Shown here in pieces: positions 43,196-52,951 of a stretch of DNA of 64,000 nucleotides; positions within the stretch are counted from its first letter, which is position 1, and every line of letters begins with the position of its first letter. Position numbers and translations under genes: made by a program. Location of the stretch: assembly GCA_965262715.1 (NCBI GenBank), contig OZ253553.1, forward strand, positions 128,001 to 192,000. The letters run 5' to 3'. The notes beneath the pieces are model-generated. The model was not told the DNA's origin, made no database searches, and was given only the letters and a program-made list of their open reading frames with translations. The stretch comes from Bdellovibrionales bacterium. GTDB lineage: Bacteria; Bdellovibrionota; Bdellovibrionia; Bdellovibrionales; JAUICD01.

Positions 43196-43283
43196 TGGCA
43201 TAGATATTTCTTAGAAGCTATCTTAAAAATAAGGTTTGTATTTTGCTTTTGCGAATTAAAGCTGAAATAGCAAATCACTGTTA

Positions 43284-43392
43284 TACCGGGATATGGCATT
43301 CCGGCATTCTGGCAATGAAGTTCCCGGCAACTGCTTGCTGGACTGCCGGATTCCCCGACTGCCAGATTCCGGATAGATAAAGATACTTTAAT
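43284..43392. repeat. Family R8 complete palindrome
   Basis: ccgggatatggcattccggcattctggcaat-gttcccggcaact-tgccggattccccgactgccagattccgg, then atagataaagatactttaata shared with 52797. Confidence 0.8.
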
Positions 43393-43489
43393 AAGAAAGA
43401 ATATCCAGCTTATAAAATAGAAGTGTTACCTATTGCCTTGAAGAATTTGTTATCTATGTCTCTTGGTAAGACCAAATAATGAGGTAAAT

Positions 43490-43531
43490 AAAAAAATACC
43501 TTCAGTTATAAAACTGAAGGTATTATTTTTT
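43490..43531. terminator. Bidirectional intrinsic terminator
   Basis: 13-bp stem aataccttcagtt/aactgaaggtatt with A/T runs on both sides, between convergent genes. Confidence 0.75.
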
Positions 43532-43583
43532 CTTAAATTAATGGGTAGTATTTATCAAACTATCTCCACCATTTAATTATCAA

Positions 43584-45284
43584 CTACTGCTGCTTAGGAG
43601 CTTCTACTACTGCAGGATCTACATTACCAGCAGCAGGATCTACATTACCAGCAGCAGGATCTACATTACCAGCAGCAGGATCTACATTACCAGCAGCAGG
43701 ATCTACATTACCAGCAGCAGGATCTACATTACCAGCAGCAGGATCTACATTACCAGCAGCAGGATCTACATTACCAGCAGCAGGATCTACATTACCAGCA
43801 GCAGGATCTACATTACCAGCAGCAGGATCTACATTACCAGCAGCAGGATCTACATTACCAGCAGCAGGATCAGCAGTTACATCAGGATCAGCAGTTACAT
43901 CAGGATCAGCAGTTACATCAGGATCAGCAGTTACATCAGGATCAGCAGGTGCTATTACTACAGCAAAATCATTAAGTTCAAAACTATGTCCAGTAGCAAC
44001 TGTTGCCATCATAGCAATTCCATCATCATCAGTCATAGCAATTCCTTGATCATTAGTCATAGCTATATCTTTAAGTAATTCAAGAACAAGAGAGAATCCT
44101 TCACCATTAACGTTTCTTGTTAGTAAACGAGCACTGTAAGCTGTACCATCTTCATCAGTAAGACCTTCAAGAGAAGTAATTATACCACTCAAGTCGTCCT
44201 CTTCTAGTACACTACCCATTGCATTTGGATCAAGGCCATTACCATCTTCACCAATTGCTCTTCTAAAACTGTCTCTAGCCTCTGTAGCACTACCATCTGC
44301 CATTTCAGTAACATGAGAGATGATAATAGGATCAGCATCTGTTTTTGATAACTCAACCCAGATTGATCCTTCATAACTCAAATCTGTTGCCTCATTAAAA
44401 TTGCTCATATCTTCATCTGTAGTCAACCAAACTGCTTGAGTAATAGTCACATAACCATTTCTTTCACTAAGAAGTGTCTCAAGTTCATTTTCTGCATTTC
44501 CTTCACCTCCGTTAAACATATTTCTATAATCACGTATTGGACCGAAGTGTAATACAAAACGAGAGTTCAATGCACCATTGATTGTTGCTACTGTCTCACT
44601 TGCGACTTTCCCTTCTTCTATTACGATAAGTCCTTCAAGTGATTTAGTTGGTACAACAATCTCTTCAAATTCAATGTAGTGATTTGCAAGATAACCATCT
44701 GCTTCATATCGAAGAAGCCTAGCGGTATCTTCAGTAAAATCTGCTACTTTACCCTCTTCATTGGAAGGTAAAATATAAGTTGCATCTGCAGTCTCTATTT
44801 TGTTACTCAAATCATAATATTCATCACCTATAGACAATCCATTCACAACATTATTAGAAAGATCACGCATAACAGAGATATCGAGTTGATAATTCTCATC
44901 ATCATCATAATTTACAAGGTAAGCCTTAGCCTCTTCTTCTTCTGCTTCTATTGATGGTGTTGCCTCTACATTAGGTGCGCCCGTTGCTTTTATTTCAGCT
45001 TGCAGTTGTGCTCTAGCAACATCTTGAGATACTACACTCTCATCATTTAGGAAGCTCTCAAATACATCCCCTGATAGTTCAGGTGGAATATGTACAGCAT
45101 TTTTTGCACTGTATCGACTGGAATTATTCTTATCAAAATTAGCATTACTTAACTTAAGGTTGTTAGCTCGCCTCTGAATTTCATTAGGCTGATTTGTACC
45201 TGATGGGGAACATCCCGTCATCATAATTAATGCGCTCGTTATACCTAAAAGTGAAAGAATGGTTGATGGTGATTTTGCTCTCAT
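43584..45284 (-). CDS. Acidic lipoprotein with C-terminal tandem repeats
   Basis: RBS aaggagg, lipobox MTGC, (DPDVTA)4 and (AAGNVDP)12. Confidence 0.85.
   Translation of the reverse strand: MRAKSPSTILSLLGITSALIMMTGCSPSGTNQPNEIQRRANNLKLSNANFDKNNSSRYSAKNAVHIPPELSGDVFESFLNDESVVSQDVARAQLQAEIKATGAPNVEATPSIEAEEEEAKAYLVNYDDDENYQLDISVMRDLSNNVVNGLSIGDEYYDLSNKIETADATYILPSNEEGKVADFTEDTARLLRYEADGYLANHYIEFEEIVVPTKSLEGLIVIEEGKVASETVATINGALNSRFVLHFGPIRDYRNMFNGGEGNAENELETLLSERNGYVTITQAVWLTTDEDMSNFNEATDLSYEGSIWVELSKTDADPIIISHVTEMADGSATEARDSFRRAIGEDGNGLDPNAMGSVLEEDDLSGIITSLEGLTDEDGTAYSARLLTRNVNGEGFSLVLELLKDIAMTNDQGIAMTDDDGIAMMATVATGHSFELNDFAVVIAPADPDVTADPDVTADPDVTADPDVTADPAAGNVDPAAGNVDPAAGNVDPAAGNVDPAAGNVDPAAGNVDPAAGNVDPAAGNVDPAAGNVDPAAGNVDPAAGNVDPAAGNVDPAVVEAPKQQ
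43615..43938. repeat. Perfect VNTR: 12 x 21 bp (43615-43866) plus 4 x 18 bp (43867-43938)
   Basis: Units ggatctacattaccagcagca and ggatcagcagttacatca. Confidence 0.95.
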
Positions 45285-45325
45285 GATTGCCTCCTTAAAA
45301 GGGTAATTTAATTAAAATACATAAA

Positions 45326-45375
45326 CATAATATAAAAAAATAAACTAACTCATAATATAAAAAAATAAACTAACT
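45326..45375. repeat. 25-bp tandem duplication in the lipoprotein upstream region
   Basis: cataatataaaaaaataaactaact x2. Confidence 0.85.
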
Positions 45376-45601
45376 AACTAAAGTTAAATACACCAAATCA
45401 AATACTACAAAGCACTTGAAATGGTATATTTATAACCAAGTAGAGCCTATGTAATATTTATATAAGTAAAAGTCAAGAAGTTTTTCAATATAAACTATAA
45501 AATAATTTAATTGACTGTCTAAATCAAATCATCAAAATAAGCTTACCAATAAAACAATCAATGATAAAAGTAAGTTAAAAAATAATGCGACGAGTCTAAA
45601 A

Positions 45602-46279
45602 ATGTCTAAATATCAATCTATAAATATAGGATCATTTAAGGCCTTAGTGGCTGAAAAGTCATCAAATCCTTTATTTAATGTGGTTTTATTTCATGGATAT
45701 GGGGCAAATGCCCTCAATTTATATCCACTAAGCCGTTACTTGGATGTTGATGATCGTATCAAATGGATATTTCCAGAAGGCCCAGAATCTATTGATATGG
45801 ACCCTTCAGGCTTAGGCCGCACATGGTTTCCTGTAGATGTAGAGGCATTTTTACAAGATAAAGACAACTACAATGTTCCTCCATCTATCTTTGATGCGGC
45901 CATAGATAAAGCTTATCAAGCTCTTAAACCACTGCCAAATTTAATTATTGGTGGTTTCAGCCAAGGAGCTGTATTAACAACAAATCTTATTATGAAAACT
46001 GATCTCAATGTTGAAGGATTGATTGTGCTTTCAGGCGCTTTACTAGACAAAAAAAGATGGCATAAACACACAATAAGAGAAGGGCTGCCTTTTTTTCAAT
46101 CGCATGGATATTCTGATACTATGATTAAGCATTCAAGAGGTCAGAAGTTAGAAGTGACCCTTAGAGGATATGGATTGATAGGCAAACTTTTTAGCTTTGA
46201 GGGAGGTCATGAAATTCCAGAGAGCGTTCTTGTACAGCTTCAAAAATTCTTAACTTCTTTAATCTTAAATCATTCGTAA
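45602..46279 (+). CDS. Phospholipase/carboxylesterase (alpha/beta hydrolase)
   Basis: FHGYGA, GGFSQG, SHG..D, GGHEI. Confidence 0.88.
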   Translation: MSKYQSINIGSFKALVAEKSSNPLFNVVLFHGYGANALNLYPLSRYLDVDDRIKWIFPEGPESIDMDPSGLGRTWFPVDVEAFLQDKDNYNVPPSIFDAAIDKAYQALKPLPNLIIGGFSQGAVLTTNLIMKTDLNVEGLIVLSGALLDKKRWHKHTIREGLPFFQSHGYSDTMIKHSRGQKLEVTLRGYGLIGKLFSFEGGHEIPESVLVQLQKFLTSLILNHS

Positions 46280-46289
46280 CTTTCACCCA

Positions 46290-46457
46290 CCCTAAAAATA
46301 AACCTGCCTCTGTATCACTAAAAATGAACTGGCCTCTGGCCATTTTTGGATAGTAAGCCTGACGATTTGCATCGTCAGAAAATGCTGACTATCTCAAAAA
46401 TCTGTTCATTTTTAGTAAACAGATACTTCTTATTTCCTAACACCATGTTAAGGGAAT
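46290..46457 (+). repeat. Family SR copy G (46310-46457) preceded by a D-type 5' stub
   Basis: ccctaaaaataaacctgcct then ctgtatcactaaaaatgaac...gttaaggga. Confidence 0.88.
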
Positions 46458-46577
46458 TTTCCATTTACTATCTCTAGCTCACATTTTTGAGATGGCTTCA
46501 AGTAAAAAATTGCTTCAAGATGGCTTACCAGTTATTCTCTTATCAACATCATCAAGAAAAAATAAGGATAAATAAAA

Positions 46578-47855
46578 ATGCAAGGTGGGTTTGGAAACCA
46601 TATTACAAGTGAAGCTATTTTAGGGGCTGTGCCTAAAAATCAAAATAATCCACAGAAGCCACCTCTCGGCTTATATGCAGAACAAATCTCAGGGTCTGCT
46701 TTTACACAAAAACGTGCTGAGAACCTACGGTCTTGGATGTATCGTATATTACCATCAGTAAAGCATTCTGCTTATGAAGAGTTTTATCTAGAAAACTTCC
46801 TAACACCTCCGCTTAAAAAATCTTTTTGTTCTCCTATACAATACCGCTTTGACCCTCCTGAAATACGTAACACTCCCCATGATTTCTTAGAAGGTGTAAA
46901 GACAATAGCTGTTTCAGGTGATCGGCAGTGTGGTGTTGGTGTGCATTTATTTACTGCTAACACTTCTATGAAAGAGTGCTTCTTTTTAAACTCTGATGGT
47001 CATTTACTTATCCTCCCGCAAATAGGACATTTAGAATTGCACACAGAGTTTGGCCTTCTTGCCATAGCTCCTAAAGAAATGGCAGTGATTCCTAAAGGGA
47101 TCAAGTTTCAAGTCCATTTAAAAAGCCCTACAGCAAGAGGTTATATCTGTGAAAACTTTGGTTTTCCTTTTATTTTACCTGATCTAGGACCTATAGGCTC
47201 TAATGGACTTGCTAATCCTCGCCATTTTTTAGCGCCTTCTGCTTCCTTCAATGATCAAAAAGGTGAGTTTTACATTATCCATAAATTTGCAGGACAGTTT
47301 TTTAAAGCTCAGCTTGATTATCACCCTTTAAATGTTTTGGGTTGGTGTGGAAATTACTTTCCTTATAAGTATGATTTAACTCTTTTTAATGTCTTAAACT
47401 CAGTAAGTTTCGATCATACTGACCCTTCCATCTTTACAGTATTAACATCTCCTTCATTCAAAGATGGTCTTGCCAATGTTGATTTTGTGATTTTTCCTCC
47501 AAGATGGATCGTTGCAGAAAACACATTTCGTCCTCCTTATTACCATAGAAATATCATGAGTGAGTTTATGGGACTTATTTGTGGTGTTTATGATGCTAAA
47601 GAAGAGGGTTTTTTACCTGGAGGGAGCACCCTTCACAATAGTTTTGCAGCTCATGGTCCTGATGCGCAAGTATTTCAAAAAGCAAGTCAAAGTGAACTTA
47701 AGCCAGAGAAGCATGAAGGATCTTTAGCTTTTATGTTTGAGAGTTCTAGCCCTTTTACTGTGACTGATTATGCCCATAACGGACCTTTAAAACAAGACAA
47801 TTACAATCAATGTTGGCAAAATTTAAAAGATTATTTTAAGGACAGCAAGCTTTAA
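46578..47855 (+). CDS. hmgA: Homogentisate 1,2-dioxygenase
   Basis: GLYAEQISGSAFT, SWMYRILPS, GPIGSNGLANPR, FRPPYYHRN.MSEFMG, HGPD. Confidence 0.96.
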   Translation: MQGGFGNHITSEAILGAVPKNQNNPQKPPLGLYAEQISGSAFTQKRAENLRSWMYRILPSVKHSAYEEFYLENFLTPPLKKSFCSPIQYRFDPPEIRNTPHDFLEGVKTIAVSGDRQCGVGVHLFTANTSMKECFFLNSDGHLLILPQIGHLELHTEFGLLAIAPKEMAVIPKGIKFQVHLKSPTARGYICENFGFPFILPDLGPIGSNGLANPRHFLAPSASFNDQKGEFYIIHKFAGQFFKAQLDYHPLNVLGWCGNYFPYKYDLTLFNVLNSVSFDHTDPSIFTVLTSPSFKDGLANVDFVIFPPRWIVAENTFRPPYYHRNIMSEFMGLICGVYDAKEEGFLPGGSTLHNSFAAHGPDAQVFQKASQSELKPEKHEGSLAFMFESSSPFTVTDYAHNGPLKQDNYNQCWQNLKDYFKDSKL

Positions 47856-47969
47856 CCTAAATTCTCAAACTACTGCTTTAAAAATAACCTTTACTTAGAC
47901 AACCCTTTTTATACAAGAAATTAGAGGTAATAGGTACAAACGTTTATAGACTTTTACTGAAACAGCACG

Positions 47970-48130
47970 ATTCCCTTAACATGATGTTAAATAATGAGGA
48001 GTATCTCGTTTACTAAAATGCAGCAGGCTTTCTAGGTAGTCAGCTATTTGCTGACGATGTGAACCGTCAGGCTGACTACCAGAAAGTCGCCAGAGGCTTG
48101 CCTCGAGAGGCGACATGCATTTTAGTGAAA
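47970..48130 (-). repeat. Family SR copy H (minus strand, expanded side hairpin)
   Basis: Reverse complement reads tttcactaaaatgcat...tgcattttagt...ttaacatcatgttaaggga. Confidence 0.88.
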
Positions 48131-48222
48131 AAAAAATGAACACTGATATACATTGTATGTTAGATAAAGTTATGAACCGCTAGCAATGTTTATCAAAATT
48201 TTATTTTTGAGACTGGTTCTAA

Positions 48223-48642
48223 TTACAATCTAATGAAAGAACCTAAGATATATGGAGAGTAAAAACCTCCAGGAATATGAATTAACTCTTTACTTCCATT
48301 GAGATAACCCAGGTAACCAGCAACTTCATTTGGTTGAAGATGTTTTTTAAGAGTTTTGTTATAAACAGAAGAAACTTGTTTTAACTTATGTTTTGTCTGA
48401 CGAGAATAAGATTGATTTCTCTGAGATCGAATTTTTTTAGACCTCATATCAGCAGCGCTTGATACCTTGAAGTCATTAAGAAGTTTTGTTTCAAGATTTC
48501 GAATAGACTGAATATCTGCAGAAGCAACTCCTACCTTTGATAAATAATGAGCTCTTGTGCCTTCACTTGACATGGCCACTTCAGAGACTAATAAAACAGC
48601 TACGACTAAAAATAAATTGAAAATGATTTGCTTTGATTTCAT
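48223..48642 (-). CDS. Secreted basic hypothetical protein
   Basis: Purine-rich RBS, signal peptide, 139 aa. Confidence 0.65.
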   Translation of the reverse strand: MKSKQIIFNLFLVVAVLLVSEVAMSSEGTRAHYLSKVGVASADIQSIRNLETKLLNDFKVSSAADMRSKKIRSQRNQSYSRQTKHKLKQVSSVYNKTLKKHLQPNEVAGYLGYLNGSKELIHIPGGFYSPYILGSFIRL

Positions 48643-49010
48643 GACTTCCCTCTCTTTCCTCTTTGTTAAAAGAACATTTATAATTTAATAAAGAGCAAAA
48701 AAAGTGCCAACAATATAACTACTTGTTATTACTTAATAAATTTATAAAAAAGCCATTTAAGCAGTCAGGAAGTGGTAAGAAATGATCCATTTTATAAATA
48801 GGTATTCATAGGTTCTATCACCAACAAAAATGACAGAGGGCTTATGCACATAACCTATTGATATTATTAAATATAATAAAATATCTCTTATTGCAAAAAA
48901 ACTGAGAGGAAGGTTTTAATAATATATTTTGAACAGGGTGTTTAAAAAAAAGACAGAGTGACGTTTTTGCGCGCCTTTTTTTGTCATGAACCTATTTTTC
49001 AAATCTTTTT

Positions 49011-49091
49011 AGGGATTCTAGCATTCGGGCAAGCTGGCAATTAGTTGCCGGGAACCGTTTACCGGAGTGCCGGATTGCCCGATTCCCGGAG
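49011..49091. repeat. Family R8 complete palindrome
   Basis: gggattct agcattcg ggcaagct ggcaatta gttgccgggaac ... tgccggat tgcccgat tcccgg. Confidence 0.8.
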
Positions 49092-49101
49092 AAATTAAGA
49101 G

Positions 49102-49251
49102 ATTTCCCTTAACATGATGTTAAAAAATGAGGAGTATCTTCTTCCTAAAAATAGTCAAGCTTTCTAGACAGTAAGCTACTTGCTGACAGTGCAGACTGTC
49201 AGGCTTACTGTCAGAAAGTTGCCAGAGGCCAGAGGCATTTTTAGTGATACA
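49102..49251 (-). repeat. Family SR copy I (minus strand)
   Basis: Reverse complement nearly identical to copy F. Confidence 0.9.
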
Positions 49252-49343
49252 ATGAAATAAAATGAATATTGTAAATTACTCTATTATCATATAGTTTATA
49301 AATGAGTGATATAGTTAGGGGTTTTTATTATAGGGGTTTTTAA

Positions 49344-50006
49344 GTGGATACAAATGTATTAGAGTTTATAGTCAAGTTAAGTTTATTTATGGTGCCTTTT
49401 TTATTTGCTATATCTTTCCATGAGTTTTCACATGGATGGGTTGCCAAAAAAAAGGGCGATAACACTGCAGAGATTTTAGGTCGTTTGACACTTAACCCTG
49501 TAGCGCATCTAGACATTATAGGTACATTAATTATACCTTCTTTGGCTTTGGTTTTTGGATGGCCTTTATTTGGATGGGCTAAGCCTGTTCCTGTCAACTC
49601 TAGAAACCTTAAAAACATTAAAAATGATATGTTTTGGATTGCAGCAGCGGGTCCTCTTTCTAATATTTTATTAGCTATGTTAGGTGGAGCTGTTTTGCAC
49701 CTTATGCTTTGGTCTTCGACAGAAGTTCTTTCCTCAAATTTTTACGCGCCTATTTTACAAATGTTGATATTTTTTATAAAAATAAATGCTGTTTTAGCCA
49801 TTTTTAATTTACTGCCTATGCATCCGCTTGATGGTGGGAAAATCCTTGCTCGATTTTTACCATATAATGCCAATCGCTTTTTAGAGGATAACCAAGCTAC
49901 AACATCTATTATTTTATTAGGTCTAGTTGTAACAGGAGGGCTTACATTTATAAGCCTTCCAGTTTATTGGCTTACTCGTCTTTTTATACCAGGTGGTCTT
50001 CTTTGA
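49344..50006 (+). CDS. Site-2 protease family (M50) membrane metalloprotease
   Basis: HEFSH, GRLTLNP, GWAKPVP, AAGP, NLLPMHPLDG. Confidence 0.92.
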   Translation: MDTNVLEFIVKLSLFMVPFLFAISFHEFSHGWVAKKKGDNTAEILGRLTLNPVAHLDIIGTLIIPSLALVFGWPLFGWAKPVPVNSRNLKNIKNDMFWIAAAGPLSNILLAMLGGAVLHLMLWSSTEVLSSNFYAPILQMLIFFIKINAVLAIFNLLPMHPLDGGKILARFLPYNANRFLEDNQATTSIILLGLVVTGGLTFISLPVYWLTRLFIPGGLL

Positions 50007-51010
50007 CTTTGGGCAAGTACAAACCTTGTTTAATGAGCGGCATGCGTCCTACAGGTTCACTCCATTTTGGCAATTATTTTGGCGCATTAAAGCATTGGGT
50101 AGATTTGCAAGACAAGTACACATGTTTTTTTGGATCAGTGGACTGGCATGCAATGACAGATACCTATAAAAGCCCGGAAAAGATACCTGAAAATATACGT
50201 ATTATGTTTGCAGAATGGATAGCCTGGGGTATCGACCCTAATAAATCAGTACTTTTTATTCAAAGTAAAGTACCTGAGCACTTAGAGCTTCTTATTATCT
50301 TCGCTAATTTGACTCCTATGGGTTGGTTAGAGAGGGTGCCCACATGGAAAGATGCTATTGATGAGCTTAAATTAAATGATACTTACAATTTAGGAAGATT
50401 TGCTTACCCGGTTTTACAAGCTGCTGATATTGCTCTTTACAATGGCGAGATTGTTCCAGTTGGCCAAGATCAAGTTGCGCATATCGAATTAGCGCGAGAA
50501 ATTATTAGAAGATTCAATCGTATTTATAACACAAATATTTTAAAAGAACCCAAAGCCTTATTAACCAAAACCCCTTTATTACTTGGAATTGACGGAAAAA
50601 AGATGTCCAAGTCCAAAAATAACGTATTTCCTTTACTTACTGAGGTTTCTGAAGTTAAAAAACTATGTAACAAGATGCTTACAGACCCTCAACGCGCCAG
50701 AAGAGAGGATAAGGGAAATCCTAATGTCTGTTCTGTCTTTCACTTTCATAAACTCTTTTCCAGTAAAGAGGATCTTTCGTGGGCTTTTGAAGGGTGCACG
50801 ACTGCGGGCATTGGCTGTGGAGAATGTAAAGCAAAACTAGCAGATAATATCAACCACAAAATGGCAGAGCCTCTTGAAACTAAAAAGAAGCTTTTGGAAA
50901 AACCAAAGGCTTTAGATGAAATTATAAATGACGGTTGTTTTCGTGCTAAAAGAGTAGCTCAAGAAACCTTAAATAAAGTTTATAAAGTGATGTCATTTAA
51001 AACCTCTTGA
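50003..51010 (+). CDS. trpS: Tryptophan--tRNA ligase
   Basis: SGMRPTG.LHFGN, YPVLQAAD, VPVGQDQ, KMSKS; TTG at 50003 overlapping the upstream stop is the preferred start. Confidence 0.96.
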   Translation: MTLGKYKPCLMSGMRPTGSLHFGNYFGALKHWVDLQDKYTCFFGSVDWHAMTDTYKSPEKIPENIRIMFAEWIAWGIDPNKSVLFIQSKVPEHLELLIIFANLTPMGWLERVPTWKDAIDELKLNDTYNLGRFAYPVLQAADIALYNGEIVPVGQDQVAHIELAREIIRRFNRIYNTNILKEPKALLTKTPLLLGIDGKKMSKSKNNVFPLLTEVSEVKKLCNKMLTDPQRARREDKGNPNVCSVFHFHKLFSSKEDLSWAFEGCTTAGIGCGECKAKLADNINHKMAEPLETKKKLLEKPKALDEIINDGCFRAKRVAQETLNKVYKVMSFKTS

Positions 51011-51039
51011 ATATAAAGTATAGGAGAGGATACTGAAAG

Positions 51040-51810
51040 ATGAGTATACAAGTCCATTTAGAACGATTTGAAGGTCCACTAAGTCTATTGCTTTATCTAA
51101 TTCGTCGTGAAGAGATAGATATTTATAATATCCCTATCCATGAAATTACAAAGCAATATATGAAAGAATTAGAATTGATCTCAAAATGTGATCTGGAGAC
51201 TGCTGGAGATTTCATAGCAATGGCAGCTACTCTTTTGCAAATCAAATCTAAAATGCTCTTACCTGTAGAAAGCACTGAGGATGAAGAAGAGGCAAAGGAC
51301 CCTAGGGAAGGTCTAGTTCAACAGCTTTTAGTTTATCAAGCTTATAAGGATATATCTTCAACGCTTTATACACGTCCTTTATTAGGACGAGATATCTGGA
51401 TAAGAGGAGTGAGAGGATCTCTGCCCCAGAAAGACAGTGAAATTGTGATAGATGAAAACAGTCTTTTTACTTTAATTGCAAGTTATAAAAAGGCTTTCTC
51501 TTTTTACAACAAAAGACCTCATAAGGTAAAAACAGAGAAAGTCTCATTAACTTCTTGTATTTTAGAGCTTGCGGATCAGCTCCATGTAGGTCAAAAAATA
51601 ACTTTTAATAAATTGATCCAGATAAGAGGACATGTAAAATCTCAAATTGTGATTGTGCTCTTATCCCTCTTAGAATTAAGTCGTATGGGTATTTTATCTC
51701 TGCTTCAACCCAACATAGACTCGGAGATTTACATTGAAGTCAAATCTGAAGTCAACGCAATATCTCATATCAACATGACTCAAGATTATGAATACAACTT
51801 AAGCCTTTAA
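51040..51810 (+). CDS. scpA: Segregation and condensation protein A
   Basis: FEGPLSLLLYLI, IKSKMLLP, LLEL. Confidence 0.93.
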   Translation: MSIQVHLERFEGPLSLLLYLIRREEIDIYNIPIHEITKQYMKELELISKCDLETAGDFIAMAATLLQIKSKMLLPVESTEDEEEAKDPREGLVQQLLVYQAYKDISSTLYTRPLLGRDIWIRGVRGSLPQKDSEIVIDENSLFTLIASYKKAFSFYNKRPHKVKTEKVSLTSCILELADQLHVGQKITFNKLIQIRGHVKSQIVIVLLSLLELSRMGILSLLQPNIDSEIYIEVKSEVNAISHINMTQDYEYNLSL

Positions 51811-51823
51811 AAGGAGAGGTAAT

Positions 51824-52699
51824 ATGCCTAAAAATAAAGAAGAAAAAGAAACAAAAACATCAAAACAAAAAATCAATAAAAATAGCCCTAAATTATTTTT
51901 TGATAATGAAGATATCGACATTGAAGATAGCAGAGAGGTCTTAGATGATGATAGAGTGTATTCTATTCTAGAAAGTGTTTTATTTTTTTCTGATCGTCCT
52001 GTTACCTTAGATGCTTTTAAATGTGCTTTTGAGGGAACCAATATAAACCTTATCCAAATAAAAAAGTATCTCAATAAATATAGCACTTTATTAGCAGAAT
52101 CAAACAGAGGAGTCTATTTAGAACAAATTGCTAGTGGTTATCAATTAAGAACAAAGCAAGATAATACTGGTTTTTTAAACAAGTTAAAAAAAACAAGACC
52201 TTTTCGTTTATCTCCTCCTTCATTAGAGGCTTTAGCCATTATTGCCTATGAGCAACCATGTGTAAAAGCACGATTAGATGAAATCCGAGCAGTTGATTCA
52301 AGTCATTTGCTAAGAGGGTTAATGGATAAAGGTCTAGTTACCTTCTACGGCAAGAGTGATCTTCCTGGAAAACCTATGCTTTATAAGACGACAAAAAAGT
52401 TTTTAGAAATCTTTGGTTTAAAAAACCTTAAGACATTACCTCAAATGAGTGAAATAGACGCCTTATTGCCAAAGGGAACCATGGAAGAACTCGATAAGGA
52501 AGAAAGCTTACCTCTTCTTGCAGACCTCTCAGAGGATTTAAAGATGAAGTCTAGTGATTTAAGAGAAAAAAGCCAAGAAGATTATAAAAAGACAGAAGAA
52601 CAGCTTAAAAAAATTACAGAGGATTTACTACAAGTTCAAATACCGCAAAAAGAAACCGCCCTTAACTTTTCTAAAGATTCCTCTGACGTGCCTACTTAG
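51824..52699 (+). CDS. scpB: SMC-Scp complex subunit ScpB
   Basis: ESVLF, GYQLRT, LAIIAYEQP, PGKPMLYKTT..FL..FGL. Confidence 0.93.
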   Translation: MPKNKEEKETKTSKQKINKNSPKLFFDNEDIDIEDSREVLDDDRVYSILESVLFFSDRPVTLDAFKCAFEGTNINLIQIKKYLNKYSTLLAESNRGVYLEQIASGYQLRTKQDNTGFLNKLKKTRPFRLSPPSLEALAIIAYEQPCVKARLDEIRAVDSSHLLRGLMDKGLVTFYGKSDLPGKPMLYKTTKKFLEIFGLKNLKTLPQMSEIDALLPKGTMEELDKEESLPLLADLSEDLKMKSSDLREKSQEDYKKTEEQLKKITEDLLQVQIPQKETALNFSKDSSDVPT

Positions 52700-52750
52700 A
52701 ACTCATCTTAAAAGCCATGAATTTATTATCTATGTTGTAGGATCGATTTA

Positions 52751-52817
52751 AAGTTCCGGCAGCTGATCGCCCAATTATCGGGCTGCCAGAGACCGGATAG
52801 ATAAAGATACTTTAATA
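52751..52817. repeat. Family R8 right arm
   Basis: aagttccggcagctg...ctgccagagaccggatagataaagatactttaata. Confidence 0.65.
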
Positions 52818-52851
52818 TAAAGTCATACAAAATATAAATCTAAAATCTACT

Positions 52852-52899
52852 TCGAAGTGCTACTTCGATCTATCAGGATTAATCGAAGTAGCACTTCGA
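52852..52899. promoter_or_regulatory. Perfect 18-bp inverted repeat upstream of the ATPase gene (possible operator)
   Basis: tcgaagtgctacttcgat-N12-atcgaagtagcacttcga. Confidence 0.55.
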
Positions 52900-52951
52900 T
52901 ATGTCTAAAAAGACCTTTCTTTTTTTCCAATTATGTGTTTATAATGAAGCC

